From assembly GCF_000757865.1 (NCBI RefSeq), contig NZ_CP007754.1, positions 30,001 through 62,000 on the forward strand: a stretch of 32,000 nt of DNA, given 5' to 3'. The translations under genes and the position numbers were made by a program. Below the pieces are notes generated by a model. That model was not told the DNA's origin. It ran no database searches and saw only the letters and a list, made by a program, of their open reading frames with translations. This document shows, in pieces, positions 23,173 through 32,000 of the stretch (within the stretch, counting starts at the first letter, position 1; each line of letters begins with the position of its first letter). This DNA comes from Prochlorococcus sp. MIT 0801. GTDB lineage: Bacteria; Cyanobacteriota; Cyanobacteriia; PCC-6307; Cyanobiaceae.

Positions 23173-25008
23173 ATGAAGAAAAAAGAAAAATTACATCTTA
23201 GTTCTAAAAAGCATGTAGGTGCTTTTAATCAACCTCTGATTTTCTTTTTGTTTATTTGTTTAATTTTTTCAGTAACAGGTGCGCGTCTTTTTTGGATACA
23301 AATAATTAGGGGACCATACTATAAAAAACTTTCAGAGGAAAATAGAGTCAAGCTAATTGCTAATCCACCAATACGAGGAAGATTATTAGATCGTAATGGC
23401 GTAGTTCTTGCCGATAATAAACTCTTTTACTCATTATCTATTCAACCTAGACTTCTAACAAATAGTGATTGGATTGATCTAAGAAATTCTCTATCTGCTT
23501 TATTAAATGTTTCTACTGATCAATTAGAGATTGCATTTAATAGAAGTAATTCTGACACTCCTTATAAAAAAGTACTTTTAACTGATTTATCGGTGGAGCA
23601 GGTTATTAGGTTTAAAGAACAAGAGAATAACTTGTATGGTGCTCAAATTGATATTGGTTTAATTAGAAACTATCCATATAAGTCTTTAGCTGCACATGCT
23701 TTGGGTTATACACAGCTGATAACTCAAAACGAGTTTTCTAAGCTTTCAGAAAGAGGATATAAACTATCTGATCGAATTGGACGGAAAGGTATAGAAGCTG
23801 CTTTTGAATCTCAATTGAGAGGTACATGGGGAGGTGAAATGCTTGAGATTGATTCAATAGGTACGGTTCAACGAAGCCTAGGTTTAAAGTTGCCAAAAGC
23901 AGGCAGGGATATCAAATTAACTCTAGATTTAGAGCTACAACGTACGGCAGAAAAAGTTTTATCCGATAAAACTGGTGGGGCAATAGTAGCTATTGATCCC
24001 CATACTGGTGCAATACGAGCAATTGCTAGTCAACCCACTTTCGACCTTAATTTTTTTTCTCAGCCTTTTACCAATAAAGAATATAACAATCTTTTTTTGT
24101 CATCGAACCTTCCTCTTTTGAGTAGGGTATTTAATGCATACGATCCAGGAAGTACGTGGAAGCCCATAACTGCTATGGCAGGGATGGAAAGTGGCAAATT
24201 TCCTGCCAGTACAAAATTATATACGGTTCCTTGTATTACTTATGGGAGTCATTGTTTTCCAGAATATAATAAAAGAGGTTTTGGTTGGATTGGATACGAA
24301 GATGCATTGAGAGTCTCCAGTAATACTTTCTTTTACCAAGTTGGGGTTGGTTCTGGTTCGAAGGCTTTATATGATGCGGCAACTAAACTTGGCTTTGACA
24401 ATTACACTGGTATAGAAACTTTTATTGATGAAAATAAAGGTTTAGTAGGGAATAAGAAATGGGCTGATGAGGGTCGTGGGTGGGGAAATCCTGGAGAAAC
24501 GCCTTGGATCGTAGAGGATATGGCTAGTGCATCTATTGGGCAATCTGTTGTTTTAGTTACTCCATTGCAATTAGCACGAGCATACGCAGTTTTTGCAAAT
24601 GGTGGCTATTTGATTACTCCTCATTTAGTTAATGCCAATATAAACTGGAGATCAGAGAAATATTTAAAAAAAGTAGATATTAAAGATACGACACTTGACA
24701 CAATTCGTCGTGGGCTTCGTAAAGTAGTAACTAGTGGTACTGCTATGGGAATCAATCTAGATACATCTATTTTACCTCCGGTTGCTGGTAAAACTGGTAC
24801 AGCAGAAGATAGTAGTGGAGGTGCTGATCATGCATGGTTTGCTGGCTTTGCACCTTATGACTCTGGAGAAATTGTTATTGTTGCATTTGCTCAGAATACT
24901 CCTGGAGGAGGTTCAGTACATGCTCTCCCTATGGCAAGAAAAATGTTGCAGTCATGGTATGAGGCGCAGACTTCTAACCAATCAAGTAGTGGTAAAAATG
25001 ATGAATAG
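23173..25008 (+). CDS. Class-B penicillin-binding protein (PBP2/FtsI-type transpeptidase)
   Basis: N-terminal TM anchor, IRGRLLDRNGVVLADN, and the active-site triad motifs STWK (GSTWKP), SSN (RVSSNTFF) and KTG (GKTGTA). Confidence 0.93.
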   Translation: MKKKEKLHLSSKKHVGAFNQPLIFFLFICLIFSVTGARLFWIQIIRGPYYKKLSEENRVKLIANPPIRGRLLDRNGVVLADNKLFYSLSIQPRLLTNSDWIDLRNSLSALLNVSTDQLEIAFNRSNSDTPYKKVLLTDLSVEQVIRFKEQENNLYGAQIDIGLIRNYPYKSLAAHALGYTQLITQNEFSKLSERGYKLSDRIGRKGIEAAFESQLRGTWGGEMLEIDSIGTVQRSLGLKLPKAGRDIKLTLDLELQRTAEKVLSDKTGGAIVAIDPHTGAIRAIASQPTFDLNFFSQPFTNKEYNNLFLSSNLPLLSRVFNAYDPGSTWKPITAMAGMESGKFPASTKLYTVPCITYGSHCFPEYNKRGFGWIGYEDALRVSSNTFFYQVGVGSGSKALYDAATKLGFDNYTGIETFIDENKGLVGNKKWADEGRGWGNPGETPWIVEDMASASIGQSVVLVTPLQLARAYAVFANGGYLITPHLVNANINWRSEKYLKKVDIKDTTLDTIRRGLRKVVTSGTAMGINLDTSILPPVAGKTGTAEDSSGGADHAWFAGFAPYDSGEIVIVAFAQNTPGGGSVHALPMARKMLQSWYEAQTSNQSSSGKNDE

Positions 25009-25010
25009 AT

Positions 25011-25535
25011 TTAATTTGTGTGATTAAGTTGTAGTAGTTGATTTAGAATAGCGTTGATTGATTTATCCTCAGCAACTTTTGATTTGTTCGTAGCTAATTG
25101 ACGACCTAAGACTAAAGCCCCAAGGTGGGTTAATTGAATTCGCATCGAAAGTAATAACTCCATACATCCTCCTCCAGAAAAACTTGCAATTGCAATTGGA
25201 CGTTCGTTGAATAAACTGCGAAAATCTTTTCCTTGCACAGACAGCCAAGCTATTGCATTTGTAAGAATTGGAGGAATTGAGCCGTTATATTCAGGTGCAC
25301 AAATGACCCAGTGTGAGTGGCTCTCCATTTGAGTATTGATCGAATTAAGATTTTCTGGTGCTTTATCTTTTGAATCATGACGTGGATTAAATATAGGTAA
25401 ATCATTTTTTGATTCTGTCAAATCAAGTAATTCGCATGAGTAATTGAGTTCTTTGCCTGCGGCTAGAAATCTTTTGGCTAATTTGAGATTTTCACCATTA
25501 CTAGCAGCTATAACAAGAAGCTTTTTATTAGACAT
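25011..25535 (-). CDS. NADPH-dependent FMN reductase family (flavodoxin-like fold) protein
   Basis: KLLVIAASNG... and APEYNGSIPPILTNAIAWLS match the FMN_red family signature. Confidence 0.8.
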   Translation of the reverse strand: MSNKKLLVIAASNGENLKLAKRFLAAGKELNYSCELLDLTESKNDLPIFNPRHDSKDKAPENLNSINTQMESHSHWVICAPEYNGSIPPILTNAIAWLSVQGKDFRSLFNERPIAIASFSGGGCMELLLSMRIQLTHLGALVLGRQLATNKSKVAEDKSINAILNQLLQLNHTN

Positions 25536-25585
25536 TGTGAATCAACAGGGAAGTGTAAATGGATGATGTCATTTTTGTAATGGAT

Positions 25586-27436
25586 CTAGTAGTTCGCTCC
25601 GGTTTTTCGATGATGAACTGCTGTTACTCCATCTTTTTTAATGACTTTTCCATGTTTAATCTCAGCATATATCAGCCAATGATCCCCACACTCCATTCGT
25701 TGATTAACTGTACCCTCCAGCCACGCTAAAGCTTCGTTTAATAATGGCTGATTGCTTGGACTTAATTTGATCTCAAGATCGGTAAATCTATTATCTCCAG
25801 GTTTAAATGATTGGAGAAATTGTTTAAGGAGGCTTTGGTGATTGTTTTGCTCTAAAATGTTTAGAGCAAAGTTATCTCCTTTATGCAGTAAGTTTTCTAC
25901 AGCTCTTTCTTTAGCAACTGCAATCGTAATACCAGGAGGAGAAAAGCTTGCTTGACTAACCCAACTTGCAACCATAGCTCCGCTAATCATATTATCTTTA
26001 TCTCCTTTTTGAGCAGTCAATATACATAGTGATCCAACGACTCTTCCAAGTGCATTAATCTTTGGATCACTTTTACTTGTATTTAAACCGACATTAGCTT
26101 TTCTTTGTTGACGTAATTTTGAGTTAATTAATTTCTTACCAAATTGGATACCTGTTTCTTCAAGTTTTTTAATCATTAAAGGATCGGGACTGAATTTGAT
26201 TTTGATAGGTTCGAATCCAAATTTAAAGCCTCCATCTTTTAATTTTTTTTCAAGTAAATCAAGGGCTTCTCCACTCCATCCATAACTCCCAAATACTCCA
26301 GCCGGCTTTCCTCTATCTCCCTCAGCCAAAAGCGAGCCAAGTGCAGAAACAATCGGGGTGGGTGCATGTCCTCCTAATGTTGGCGATCCAATTAAATATC
26401 CATCTGCTTTACGAATTTCAGTGACTAAGCTATCTGATGCGGTGAATTCACAATTAATTATCTTAACTTTGACCCCTGTTTTACTAATTCCTCTAGCAAT
26501 TGCATCAGCAATAGCAGCAGTATTTCCATATGCACTAGCAAATAATAGAGCAACTCTTAAGTTGCTGTATTTTTGGCTTTCTCCCCAGCTTTGGTAGTTG
26601 TTTAATAAACTCCTCCAACTTCCGCTAATTGCAGGTCCATGCCCAGGTATTATCGTATCAATCTCAAAGTCTTCAAATTTTTCGATAATACTATTCACTT
26701 GCGTAGACATTGGTGCCATTAGACAATCGAAGTAATGTCTTCTCTCTTCTTCCGTGCTACTACTGTTTAATTCAGCCCAATTTTCTTCATAAATATGTGC
26801 ACCAAATAATTTATCACTCATCAACAAACCAGTTTGCTTTTCAAAAACAATTAATCCACCAGGCCAGCGAGCTGTTGGCGCGGGAATGAAATTAATCTCA
26901 AAATGACTGTCGAGTGACAGAGTTTCTAATTGCTTAATGATTTGTATATTTGGAAGAACTTCAACTGTCTCCAATGCTTCTTGAGGATTTGTATTTTGCG
27001 ATGGTTTTCGTAAATTCCAAATCTCTTTGAATAATTTTGCACCTGGATTAGAACAAATAACCGTTAAATTTTTATACTTCACATTCATTCTTTTCACAAA
27101 AGCTACTTTATTAGGATTGATATGACCCATGACTAACTTTATTGCAGAAGAATCACTGCTAATTAATGTCTCAAACTCTTCTAAAAATTCTTTTTCAAAT
27201 GTTAAACCAGGAGGATGAATTAAAACATAATCATGTGATTTACAATGTTCATCTTTAGAAGACTTAAATAAAAAAGAATTAGTGCAACTACCTTTTTCAA
27301 GAGAATATTCAACTTCAAATCTTGTTCTTTTTGGGTTTAGGCTTCTTAAGCAAATGAAGTTCTCCTCAATTGGAATCTGAATGGTTTTTTTTATGAAAGT
27401 ATTTAAATTTGATGAAGAAATATTGTCTACTATCAT
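25586..27436 (-). CDS. flv1: Flavodiiron protein, Flv1/FlvA-type (non-canonical diiron site)
   Basis: Metallo-beta-lactamase, flavodoxin and C-terminal flavin-reductase domains. The H-x-E-x-D-H position reads GHINPNK (H-x-N-x-N-K), which I recall is typical of the Flv1/Flv2 cluster. Confidence 0.75.
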   Translation of the reverse strand: MIVDNISSSNLNTFIKKTIQIPIEENFICLRSLNPKRTRFEVEYSLEKGSCTNSFLFKSSKDEHCKSHDYVLIHPPGLTFEKEFLEEFETLISSDSSAIKLVMGHINPNKVAFVKRMNVKYKNLTVICSNPGAKLFKEIWNLRKPSQNTNPQEALETVEVLPNIQIIKQLETLSLDSHFEINFIPAPTARWPGGLIVFEKQTGLLMSDKLFGAHIYEENWAELNSSSTEEERRHYFDCLMAPMSTQVNSIIEKFEDFEIDTIIPGHGPAISGSWRSLLNNYQSWGESQKYSNLRVALLFASAYGNTAAIADAIARGISKTGVKVKIINCEFTASDSLVTEIRKADGYLIGSPTLGGHAPTPIVSALGSLLAEGDRGKPAGVFGSYGWSGEALDLLEKKLKDGGFKFGFEPIKIKFSPDPLMIKKLEETGIQFGKKLINSKLRQQRKANVGLNTSKSDPKINALGRVVGSLCILTAQKGDKDNMISGAMVASWVSQASFSPPGITIAVAKERAVENLLHKGDNFALNILEQNNHQSLLKQFLQSFKPGDNRFTDLEIKLSPSNQPLLNEALAWLEGTVNQRMECGDHWLIYAEIKHGKVIKKDGVTAVHHRKTGANY

Positions 27437-27438
27437 TG

Positions 27439-29214
27439 TTAATAATTACTACCAACTCTTCTGTGATGAACTGCTGTTTTACTTAGAGTATTAGATAAAT
27501 TACCTTTTTCAACTGATGAATAAATGATCCAATGATCTGTTGTCTCCATTCTTTGCATAACTTTACATGAAAGGAACGCTAGCGCATCAGACAGAACTGG
27601 TCCCCCAACTGCAAGATCATTCATTAATTCAACTCCTTCAAATCGATTAGCACCTGGTGGAAAACGTTTTAAAAAGTGTCTGAAGAGATGCAAATAGTTA
27701 TTTTCTTGAAGGATATTGAGAACAAAACGATCATTGACTTGTAATAGTGATTCAATAGCTCTATCTTTAGCTACCGCTACGGTTATTCCTGGTGGTTCAA
27801 AACTTGCTTGACTAACCCAACTTGCGACCATCGCACCGTCTCGACTGTCCGCCCCTTCACTGTCTTTCGCTGTAACAATGTAGAGTCCACCGCTTAAGCA
27901 ACCAAGTGCTTTATTTAAGTCTCCATCAATGCTTTTAGTAGCAGCTAAATTTTTCTTTCTAGTAAGAATTTGACCTAAATCTGTACCAGCTTCTTCAAAT
28001 TGTTGATAAATACTTTTGTTTGGCTCGTCATGAACTCGAAGTGGTTTAAAAGCTTCTTTTTGTCCAAGCTTTCTTAATTGGTTGGTAATAAAGTCTATAG
28101 GCTCTTCATTTCCGCCATAGGAGTCATAAGTCGCTACCCACTGCTTTTGTTTTAAGGATGCAAGTAGAGTTCCAATATTGCTTTGTAATTCTGAATCAGA
28201 TTTGATAGGCCAAGTTGGTACAACGACTGCACTTGCTTCACTAATTAAAGCACTTAACTCTTGAGTGTCTGAAGCAATAAGATCAACTAATTGGACTGGA
28301 GCGTTTGCCTTGCCTATACCATGAGCAATTGCTTGACTAAGTCGATCACAAAAACCATATTGGCTCAGATAGCAAACCACAGCGTAATTTTCGCCTGTAC
28401 TTCTTTGCTTACTCCATTCTCTATAATTATTCAGCCATAACTGCGTATTAAAATTAAGGATTGGCCCATGTCCAACACCAATAGTATTGATAGTTGGCAA
28501 TGCATCAATTTTTTTTAATGCTTGAACTACGCTGCGGGCATTAGGACCCATGAGGCAGTCGTAATAAAATCGAAAATCTTCATTTAATAAACTTGGATTT
28601 TCGTCATATAATTTTTCTGAGCAATAATGCAAACCAAACGCATCACAAGTATATAAAACTTGTGTACCGTGATCAAAAGAAAAAATAGTATCGGGCCAGT
28701 GTAGATTTGGTGCACTAATAAATTCAATTTTATGTACGATTCCACTTATTGAATTAATTTCTAAATTGAGTTCTTCTCCACTTTTGACTGCTCTTGACCT
28801 AAAAGGTTGATGAATTTGATCTTCAAGGAATTTTATAGCTACTTTAGATGCGACGATTTCAATATTTGGGTTTAATTCAATTAAATATTTTATGAGTCCT
28901 GAATGATCTGGTTCTGTGTGACTGACTATTAAATAATCAATTTCTATTGGATTGATTTCTTGTCTTAGTTTTTCAAACCAAATATCTTTAAATTTTAAAT
29001 GACTTGTATCTATAAGTGCAGTTTTTTTACCTCTTATTAGAAAGCTATTATATGTTGTCCCATTTCGAAGGCCAAATTCAATATCAAATCTGCTTCGATC
29101 CCAATCCAATGACCTTAAAGTATGTGTATCTGTAGCAATTTGTTCATATTGCAGTGAAAGCTTAGGAGTATCGCTTTTCTGATTTTCTAAAGCTGTTGAT
29201 TCAGTAAAAATCAT
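27439..29214 (-). CDS. flv3: Flavodiiron protein, Flv3/FlvB-type (canonical diiron site)
   Basis: Same three-domain layout, with canonical SHTEPDHSG (H-x-E-x-D-H). Its stop lies 2 nt before the start of the next flv gene. Confidence 0.75.
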   Translation of the reverse strand: MIFTESTALENQKSDTPKLSLQYEQIATDTHTLRSLDWDRSRFDIEFGLRNGTTYNSFLIRGKKTALIDTSHLKFKDIWFEKLRQEINPIEIDYLIVSHTEPDHSGLIKYLIELNPNIEIVASKVAIKFLEDQIHQPFRSRAVKSGEELNLEINSISGIVHKIEFISAPNLHWPDTIFSFDHGTQVLYTCDAFGLHYCSEKLYDENPSLLNEDFRFYYDCLMGPNARSVVQALKKIDALPTINTIGVGHGPILNFNTQLWLNNYREWSKQRSTGENYAVVCYLSQYGFCDRLSQAIAHGIGKANAPVQLVDLIASDTQELSALISEASAVVVPTWPIKSDSELQSNIGTLLASLKQKQWVATYDSYGGNEEPIDFITNQLRKLGQKEAFKPLRVHDEPNKSIYQQFEEAGTDLGQILTRKKNLAATKSIDGDLNKALGCLSGGLYIVTAKDSEGADSRDGAMVASWVSQASFEPPGITVAVAKDRAIESLLQVNDRFVLNILQENNYLHLFRHFLKRFPPGANRFEGVELMNDLAVGGPVLSDALAFLSCKVMQRMETTDHWIIYSSVEKGNLSNTLSKTAVHHRRVGSNY

Positions 29215-29508
29215 GTTCCTAAAGCGATTAATTGAAGAAAGCTGGACAGTCGCAACAAGTCAGATTGCTAAGTGAAAATACCTAGATCAGCTCAAATATA
29301 ATAGGATACTGAGGATTGCAAGTGTGATACTGCTTCCCGTAAATAGTATTTCTTTGCAATAGATACTGTTCTTGATTGCCTTTTTTGCGTATTTTTCTCT
29401 TTCAAAGTCTCACGGGTTTCTATTTTGTTATTGTTTAAGGGTGAGTTGAGCAAATTTGACGTTTTTTGTGATTGTTTTCAAAAACCTTTTTAGAGATAAT
29501 TTTTAGGT

Positions 29509-32000
29509 ATGGAAAAAAGTTCTTCCTCTTTAATCAATCCGCCATCTCTTTCAGGAGATGAAATAAGAGAGGCATTTATAAACTTTTTTGTGCAACACAA
29601 TCATAAAAAACTAGCAAGTTCTTCTTTAATTCCAGATGATCCAACAGTTTTATTGACAATTGCAGGGATGCTACCTTTTAAGCCTATCTTCTTAGGACTA
29701 AAAGAGTCTTCTACTCCGAGGGCAACATCCAGTCAAAAATGTATAAGAACAAATGATATTGAAAATGTAGGAAGAACTGCGAGGCATCATACTTTTTTTG
29801 AGATGCTCGGTAATTTTTCTTTTGGTGATTATTTTAAAAAAGAGGCAATTCAATGGGCATGGGAATTATCTACTGAGGTTTTTCGACTAAATCCACAAAA
29901 TATAGTCATTAGCGTTTTTAAAGAAGACTTAGAAGCAGAACAAATATGGAAAGAAGTTGTAGGGGTTGATGCAAAAAGAATCATCAGAATGGGTGCTGCT
30001 GATAATTTTTGGTCATCTGGAGCTACAGGACCTTGCGGTCCATGTTCGGAACTTTATTTTGATTTTAAACCCGAGTTAGGAAGTGATGAAATAGATCTTG
30101 AAGACGATAGTCGATTTATAGAATTTTATAATTTGGTTTTTATGCAATACAACCGCGACTTAAAGGGCAATCTTGAACCATTGGCGAATTGTCATATTGA
30201 TACAGGAATGGGCTTAGAAAGAATGGCTCAAATTTTGCAGGGCAAATCTAATAATTATGAAACGGATCTTATTTTTCCTCTCATTGAGGCAGCGGCTTTA
30301 TTAGCTCAAATTAAGTATGAAACTATAGATGAAAAAAATAAAACATCATTAAAAATTATTGGAGATCATTGCAGGGCTGTTACTCATTTAATTTGTGATG
30401 GTGTAAGTGCTAGTAATCTAGGGCGAGGCTATATTCTTCGTCGTCTCATACGGCGTATGATTCGACATGGTCGACTGGTAGGCATTAATCAGCCGTTTTT
30501 ACCTCAACTGGCTGAAATTGCTATTGAGTTGATGAAAAATGCTTATCCTCAATTACTTGAGAAAAAGAAAATTATTCTTAATGAGTTAAAAATAGAAGAA
30601 TCTCGTTTCCTTGAAACGCTTGAACGGGGAGAGAAACTTTTGGCAGAGATAACAGCTCATGAATGTGATCTTATCTCTGGAGCGCAGGCATTTGAGCTTT
30701 ATGATACTTATGGTTTTCCTTTGGAATTAACAGAAGAGATCGCGAATGAAAAAGGTATTTCTGTTGATACTAATGGTTTTGAGAATGAGATGGCACAGCA
30801 ACGTAAACGTGCAAAAGAGGCTTCTGTCAGTATTGATTTAACTGAAGAAGGTTCAATTGAAAGAGAAATTTCTTTATTTGATGAAACAAGATTTCAGGGC
30901 TATGAAAAATTAGAAACCATTTCAACTGTGATAGGCATTTTTAAAAATAATGAATCAGTGAAACAAGCTGTTCAGGGTGATTTAGTAAAGATTATTGTTA
31001 ATAGAACGCCTTTTTATGCTGAGTCGGGTGGCCAAATAGGAGATAAAGGCTTAATAACGTCTAAGAATCTTGAGGTATCCATCGAAAATGTTAGAAAAAA
31101 GAAGAATATTTATATTCATTCTGGATGTGTTAACACTGGAGTTCTAAAAGTTAACTCATCTGTTCAGATGAATGTTACTCCATCTTTTCGTCAACGAACT
31201 ACATCAAATCACACTGCTACACATCTATTACAATCAGCTTTAAAGTTATCTATTGACTCAAGTATAAGTCAAAGAGGCTCTTTAGTTTCAAATCATCGAT
31301 TGAGATTTGATTTTAATGCTCCACAACCTTTGACAATAAAAGAACTTGAAGATGTGGAAGTACGAATAAATCAATGGATTAACGAAGATCATCCAATTCA
31401 GATTAAAACAATGCCAATTAAGAAGGCTATGGCTATTGGTGCTTTGGCAATGTTTGGTGAGAAATATGGTGACGTAGTACGTGTTGTAGATGTTCCAGGC
31501 GTTTCTATGGAGTTATGCGGAGGAACCCATGTGACTCGCACGTCACAATTAGGTACATTTAAGATTATTAATGAGACAGGTATTGCTTCAGGTGTCAGAC
31601 GAATAGAGGCCATAGCGGGTCCATCAGTTTTAGATTATTTTAATGAACGTGATTTGGTAGTTAAGGAGTTAAGTAAATCATTCAAAGTTCAATCATATGA
31701 AATTGTTGAGAGAGTCTCATCTCTTCAACTGGAATTGAAAGATAAAACAAAAGAACTTATCAAAGTAAAAAATGAACTCGCTTTGGCGAAGGCACTGGGT
31801 TTAGCGAGTTATGCAAAATCTGTTGGTAAGAGTAAATTATTAATTAGACGTTTAGATGGAATTGACGGATCTGGATTGCAATCTGCTGCTTCAAGTTTGA
31901 TAGATCATTTAGGCAAGTACTCTGCTGTTATTTTTGGAGGCATTCCAAATCAGGAGATTGATAATAAATTAGTCTTTGTTGCGGCATTTTCTCCTGATTT
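29509..32000 (+). CDS. alaS: Alanyl-tRNA synthetase; 830 codons present and the 3' end runs off the window
   Basis: My translation from the ATG at 29509 gives MEKSSSSLINPPSLSGDEIREAFINFFVQHNHKKLASSSLIPDDPTVLLTIAGMLPFKPIFLG... Later motifs are HTFFEMLGNFSFGDYFK, TSNHTATHLL and CGGTHV. It is absent from the ORF track because there is no stop in the window. Confidence 0.95.
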   Translation, partial: MEKSSSSLINPPSLSGDEIREAFINFFVQHNHKKLASSSLIPDDPTVLLTIAGMLPFKPIFLGLKESSTPRATSSQKCIRTNDIENVGRTARHHTFFEMLGNFSFGDYFKKEAIQWAWELSTEVFRLNPQNIVISVFKEDLEAEQIWKEVVGVDAKRIIRMGAADNFWSSGATGPCGPCSELYFDFKPELGSDEIDLEDDSRFIEFYNLVFMQYNRDLKGNLEPLANCHIDTGMGLERMAQILQGKSNNYETDLIFPLIEAAALLAQIKYETIDEKNKTSLKIIGDHCRAVTHLICDGVSASNLGRGYILRRLIRRMIRHGRLVGINQPFLPQLAEIAIELMKNAYPQLLEKKKIILNELKIEESRFLETLERGEKLLAEITAHECDLISGAQAFELYDTYGFPLELTEEIANEKGISVDTNGFENEMAQQRKRAKEASVSIDLTEEGSIEREISLFDETRFQGYEKLETISTVIGIFKNNESVKQAVQGDLVKIIVNRTPFYAESGGQIGDKGLITSKNLEVSIENVRKKKNIYIHSGCVNTGVLKVNSSVQMNVTPSFRQRTTSNHTATHLLQSALKLSIDSSISQRGSLVSNHRLRFDFNAPQPLTIKELEDVEVRINQWINEDHPIQIKTMPIKKAMAIGALAMFGEKYGDVVRVVDVPGVSMELCGGTHVTRTSQLGTFKIINETGIASGVRRIEAIAGPSVLDYFNERDLVVKELSKSFKVQSYEIVERVSSLQLELKDKTKELIKVKNELALAKALGLASYAKSVGKSKLLIRRLDGIDGSGLQSAASSLIDHLGKYSAVIFGGIPNQEIDNKLVFVAAFSPD

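Overview
The window is AT-rich (about 30% GC by eye). Its gene order (pdxA, SDR-like gene, HNH, class-V aminotransferase, cbiD, guaA ... class-B PBP, FMN reductase, two flavodiiron genes, alaS) matches what I remember of a high-light Prochlorococcus chromosome. That organism call comes from memory, not from a search. The two ends (1-6986 and about 22148-32000) are ordinary core genes. The middle (6987 to about 22100) is an accessory island that starts exactly at the guaA stop codon. In it, the last 17 bp of guaA recur as direct repeats at 9504 and 13044 (exact) and at 15765 and 18211 (decayed), with a doubtful sixth copy at 20606. Each copy is flanked by same-orientation tandem pairs of an 11-bp motif (GTTTTACGTG or GTTCCACGTG) and by a recurrent GAGAAATCGTAGAAAG..TTTTCTCTACA motif. 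This is the layout expected of core and arm sites left by serial site-specific integration, yet no recombinase gene lies in the window. Three segments carry paralogous TPR genes with the same upstream leader, N-terminus and near-identical 102-bp TPR repeats, but with different C-terminal enzymes: a sulfotransferase, a class-I SAM methyltransferase and a TylF-like methyltransferase. Two of them keep an in-frame fossil of the methyltransferase tail directly after their stop codons. The island also holds two complete and one decayed Yfr2-like sRNA genes. Each complete copy is paired about 100 bp away with a hairpin module whose loop carries the complementary ACUCCUCAC/GUGAGGAGU motif. Other island content includes a GC-rich hairpin module with a compensatory base-pair change, several small or acidic orphan ORFs, and a 6TM K+ channel with an unusual SAVGYGD filter. 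Every homology statement is from manual reading and nothing was searched. ORFs of 60-90 codons are expected by chance at this GC content, so most small ORFs in the track are not called.
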